DNA of 50,549 nucleotides from an uncultured archaeon (GTDB lineage Archaea; Asgardarchaeota; Thorarchaeia; Thorarchaeales; Thorarchaeaceae), in assembly GCA_964631415.1 (NCBI GenBank), contig CAZVZC010000011.1:1-50549 (forward strand), given 5' to 3'. Every line of letters begins with the position of its first letter. Position 1 is the stretch's first letter. Below, piece by piece: positions 47,514 to 50,549 of this stretch. The notes under the pieces were generated by a model. That model ran no database searches. It was given only the letters and a program-made list of their open reading frames with translations, and was not told where the DNA came from. Both the position numbers and the translations under genes were made by a program.

Positions 47514-48602
47514 ATGGGTGACATACGAGTCGCAATAGCAGGACTTGGCAACTGTGCAACTTCACTCATTCAGGGAGTTCACTACTATCGCAACGCGACA
47601 GCCGAAGGAGACGTCCCTGGACTGATGCACATCGACTTCGGTGGTTACTTACCAAGGGATTTGAAGTTCGTTGCGGCCTTTGAGGTCAATAAGAGGAAGA
47701 TAGGTCTCGACATCGCTGAAGCAATCTGGCAGAAGCCAAACTGTGCACCCGTGTTTGCACCAGATGTCCCCAAAACAGGTGTGAAGGTCCTCCCAGGGCC
47801 CATTCTGGATGGCGTCGCGCCGCATATGAGAGAGTCGTTCTTTGTCTATGACGAGCGAGAAATGCGACCGGTCGACGTTGCCGAAGAACTGAGAAAAGCC
47901 AAGGCTGATGTTCTGGTGAACTACCTCCCTGTCGGCAGTGAGATTGGCGCGCGCGCATATGCACAGGCAGCGCTTGAGGCGGGCGTAGGCTTCGTGAATG
48001 CCATACCTGAATTCATAGTGTCCGATCCCAAGAGCCCCCAGGCGAAGGAGTTCGAGAAGAAAGGCCTACCCTGCGCAGGAGACGATGTGAAGAGCCAGCT
48101 TGGCGCGACCATTCTGCACCGTGTCCTGACATCTCTTTTCGATCAGAGGGGACTGACAATCCTGAACACGTACCAGCTGAACATTGGTGGAGACACCGAT
48201 TTCGAGAACATGCAGGTCGAGAATCGACTCAAGTCCAAGCGAATCAGCAAGACTGCGGCCGTCACGAGCTGCGTTGACTATGAGGTCCCGACCAAGATCG
48301 GTCCTAGCGACTATGTTCCTTTCTTGGGTAACACCAAGATCTGCTACATCACCATGAGGTCGAAGTCCTTTGGCGACCAGCCAATTGATCTCAGTCTCAA
48401 ACTCTCCGTCCAAGACTCTACAAACAGTGCCGGTGTGATTATCGATGTGGTCAGAGCTATCAAGATTGCTCTGGACAGGCATATCGGAGGAGAACTTACT
48501 AGCATAAGCTCTTACAGCTTCAAGCACCCTCGCTTCCAAGTTGAGGACTTCGAGGGCAGAAAGCGTGTGGACGAGTTCATTGCCGGGAAGAGAGACCGCT
48601 GA
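47514..48602 (+). CDS. ino1: myo-inositol-1-phosphate synthase
   Basis: GLGNCA, YLPVGSE, GDDVKSQLGAT, YQLNIGGDTDF and DSTNSAG. Confidence 0.95.
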   Translation: MGDIRVAIAGLGNCATSLIQGVHYYRNATAEGDVPGLMHIDFGGYLPRDLKFVAAFEVNKRKIGLDIAEAIWQKPNCAPVFAPDVPKTGVKVLPGPILDGVAPHMRESFFVYDEREMRPVDVAEELRKAKADVLVNYLPVGSEIGARAYAQAALEAGVGFVNAIPEFIVSDPKSPQAKEFEKKGLPCAGDDVKSQLGATILHRVLTSLFDQRGLTILNTYQLNIGGDTDFENMQVENRLKSKRISKTAAVTSCVDYEVPTKIGPSDYVPFLGNTKICYITMRSKSFGDQPIDLSLKLSVQDSTNSAGVIIDVVRAIKIALDRHIGGELTSISSYSFKHPRFQVEDFEGRKRVDEFIAGKRDR

Positions 48603-48683
48603 GAAGACTCGATTCCTCCTGAAACGAGGACACTAGCCACCAACTGCTAACAACGGGCAGAGTGCCTGTTCCTTAGTGTTTCC

Positions 48684-49241
48684 CTATAGAGCCTGGGATA
48701 TGCTCGCCCTGGCTAAGAGGGCAAACGCTTCCTCGACATTCAATCCAGACAGAGCGCTTGTCTCTAGGTACGCGACAAGACCGTTTTCTTGTTTGAACGC
48801 TTGGCCCATCTCTGTTGTGATGACTCGTTCATCCGCCAAGTCCACCTTGTTAGCAAGGAGTATGATTGGGATTCGCTGGCCGAGTGCACTTTCTGTTTCA
48901 TGAATCCACTTGGGCAACTCGGCCCAAGTACTCTTTCGTGTTGTGTCGTAGACAAGAAGCGCACCCTTGGATCCTTTGTAGTAGCTGCTCCTGATGAAGT
49001 CGAATCTCTCTTGGCCGGCCAAATCCCAAACCAGCAGTTTGACGACGACAGTCCTGCCATTGAAATTGTTGACCGTAACAGTCTTGACAGCAAACTGTGA
49101 CCCAATGGTGACGATGTACTGCTCCGAGAACTTCTGAGTAAGGAAACGGTTGACAAGAGCTGTCTTGCCGCTACCACCAGCTCCTATCATGACGACTTTC
49201 CTCATGAAGTCGAAACTCGACATCGATAACATCGCCTGCAT
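48684..49241 (-). CDS. Rab-like small GTPase
   Basis: GAGGSGKT, TIGSQF, WDLAGQERF, YYKGSKGALLVYD, NKVDL and ETSAL. Confidence 0.9.
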   Translation of the reverse strand: MQAMLSMSSFDFMRKVVMIGAGGSGKTALVNRFLTQKFSEQYIVTIGSQFAVKTVTVNNFNGRTVVVKLLVWDLAGQERFDFIRSSYYKGSKGALLVYDTTRKSTWAELPKWIHETESALGQRIPIILLANKVDLADERVITTEMGQAFKQENGLVAYLETSALSGLNVEEAFALLARASISQAL

Positions 49242-49508
49242 TTGTCAAGGATTCGTCCCAATCTAGCGCATAGTGTTTCTGATCGACTCTACTCGGCAAG
49301 CCGAGGGTAGTGATGGAGTGCGGCTTTGACGCTATTTAGCCTTTCTCGCATCAGGCCGCAGGCTATCGGCAAAACCGCCCCGAATGAAACACTTAGTTCC
49401 GGACTCGTGAGCATGCGAAATGGCGCCGCTTCGCTGGAATCCAGCTGTTCGCTCGAAGGGATTATAACTGACTCCTTCGCCCCTCTCTATGACCGGGAGG
49501 ACTTGGTC

Positions 49509-49694
49509 TTGCAGCTGATCACCGTCAAGATGAGTGACATATACGTGAGCGCGCTCGACAAGCTCGTGGAGCTTGGAATGTACCCGTCCCGCAGCGAAGC
49601 AATCAGAGTCGCAATCAGGGATCTCTTGATGAAGGAATTGTGGGTCGATGGTATGCCTGTGACCAAGGAGCTTGACATAAAGGTCGAGCAATGA
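49509..49694 (+). CDS. Ribbon-helix-helix regulator (CdrS-like)
   Basis: ITVKM...LDKLVELGMYPSRSEAIRVAIRDLL. TTG at 49509 follows GGGAGGA. Confidence 0.75.
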   Translation: MQLITVKMSDIYVSALDKLVELGMYPSRSEAIRVAIRDLLMKELWVDGMPVTKELDIKVEQ

Positions 49695-49852
49695 ACTCCG
49701 TTCACCTGCTTGCTCAGGACCACATCGCAGAAGCACGAACGAGAAAGGGCCACCATGGGCCAGATTCCTGGAAGTTGAAAAAGAAGAGTGATGAGGGGCC
49801 ATGAGCCCCCCACCTAGATGATTCTTACGAAGATGTGCTAGACAGATAGGAC

Positions 49853-50431
49853 CTAGTCATAGCCACGTCTGCCGCCGCCGCCGCGACCACCGCCACGGCT
49901 GCCTCCGCGTCCGCCTGAGTAGCGACCACCGCCGCTGCTGCCGCCGCCTCTGCTGTATCCACCACGACCACCGTAACCTCCTTCAGAGGATTCGCGGTCG
50001 CGGCTTCCACCGTAGCCATAGCCGCCACCCCTTCCGCCATAGCTGCGGCGCTCGGGGCGTTCGTGTTCAGCTGCCGACATGTCATTGCTTTGGGCGACTG
50101 TCTCAATCGCCGCTTTCGCCTCCGAGATCTTACCGTAACGACCGATGTTCAGACGGAGATGACCCTGATAGAGACCGGTGTAACCGTTCTCCAACCGATA
50201 GGTCGAACCGACTTTCACCGACTCGATTGCGTCGTCCCAGAGGGGAATCATGACTGTTCCTGTCGAGTCGCCCACGACTGCATCCAAGACTCGATGAGTC
50301 TGACCGTCCTGTCGCGAGGTGACTTCGCGCGCCTCACCCGCTTCAATTACTTTGAAGCTTATGTTCACATTCTTCATCTGCGGTTTCAGCTCAGAAACCG
50401 TTGCCTCAACTGGTTCTTGTTCATAGCTCAT
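49853..50431 (-). CDS. ssb: Crenarchaeal-type single-OB SSB with a Gly/Arg/Tyr-rich tail
   Basis: VSELKP, VGDSTG, LWD, ENGYT and LNIGRYG, followed by an RGG-rich tail. Confidence 0.85.
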   Translation of the reverse strand: MSYEQEPVEATVSELKPQMKNVNISFKVIEAGEAREVTSRQDGQTHRVLDAVVGDSTGTVMIPLWDDAIESVKVGSTYRLENGYTGLYQGHLRLNIGRYGKISEAKAAIETVAQSNDMSAAEHERPERRSYGGRGGGYGYGGSRDRESSEGGYGGRGGYSRGGGSSGGGRYSGGRGGSRGGGRGGGGRRGYD

Positions 50432-50549
50432 AGCAATCACGCTACACGTCTAAGCAGGCTCTCAAAGCAAAACACGTTCTTCAGGAGATCTCACCGAGAT
50501 CGGATTCGTCGCCAGAAAAAACCAGTCTGATTCTAGTGCCTGCGACCTC

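Noticed and set aside
1-50549. CRISPR arrays, transposases, integrases, inteins, rRNA
   Set aside because: No spaced repeats or mobile-element ORFs were seen, and RtcB, IleRS and Tes have normal lengths.

Overview
This is a gene-dense chromosomal segment of an Asgard archaeon, most likely Thorarchaeia. The assignment is inferred from archaeal housekeeping genes together with eukaryote-signature genes (Rab-like, Arf-like and MglA-like small GTPases, roadblock and longin-like proteins), a UGA-containing selD and a divergent EF-2. The window encodes ether-lipid genes (GGPP synthase, tetraether synthase Tes, ino1), TldD/PmbA, ileS, the archaeal CoA pathway (panE, PPS, PoK, coaBC), rtcB, tmk, an XPF-like nuclease, two SSBs and a probable ECF/cobalamin uptake operon. 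Several features are missed or truncated by the ORF track: a tRNA-Gln(CUG) with a 30-nt intron in the T-loop, the selenocysteine N-terminus of SelD with a candidate 3' SECIS-like hairpin, and a 54-aa small protein. The best candidate for an undescribed system is a structured ~130-nt leader RNA upstream of ileS with an Ile anticodon-like loop (CU-AAU-GA). A second structured intergenic RNA and an NPRL2-like longin protein beside a longin-Arf GTPase are also notable. No CRISPR array, rRNA or mobile element was seen. All family calls come from motif recognition by eye; no database search was run.
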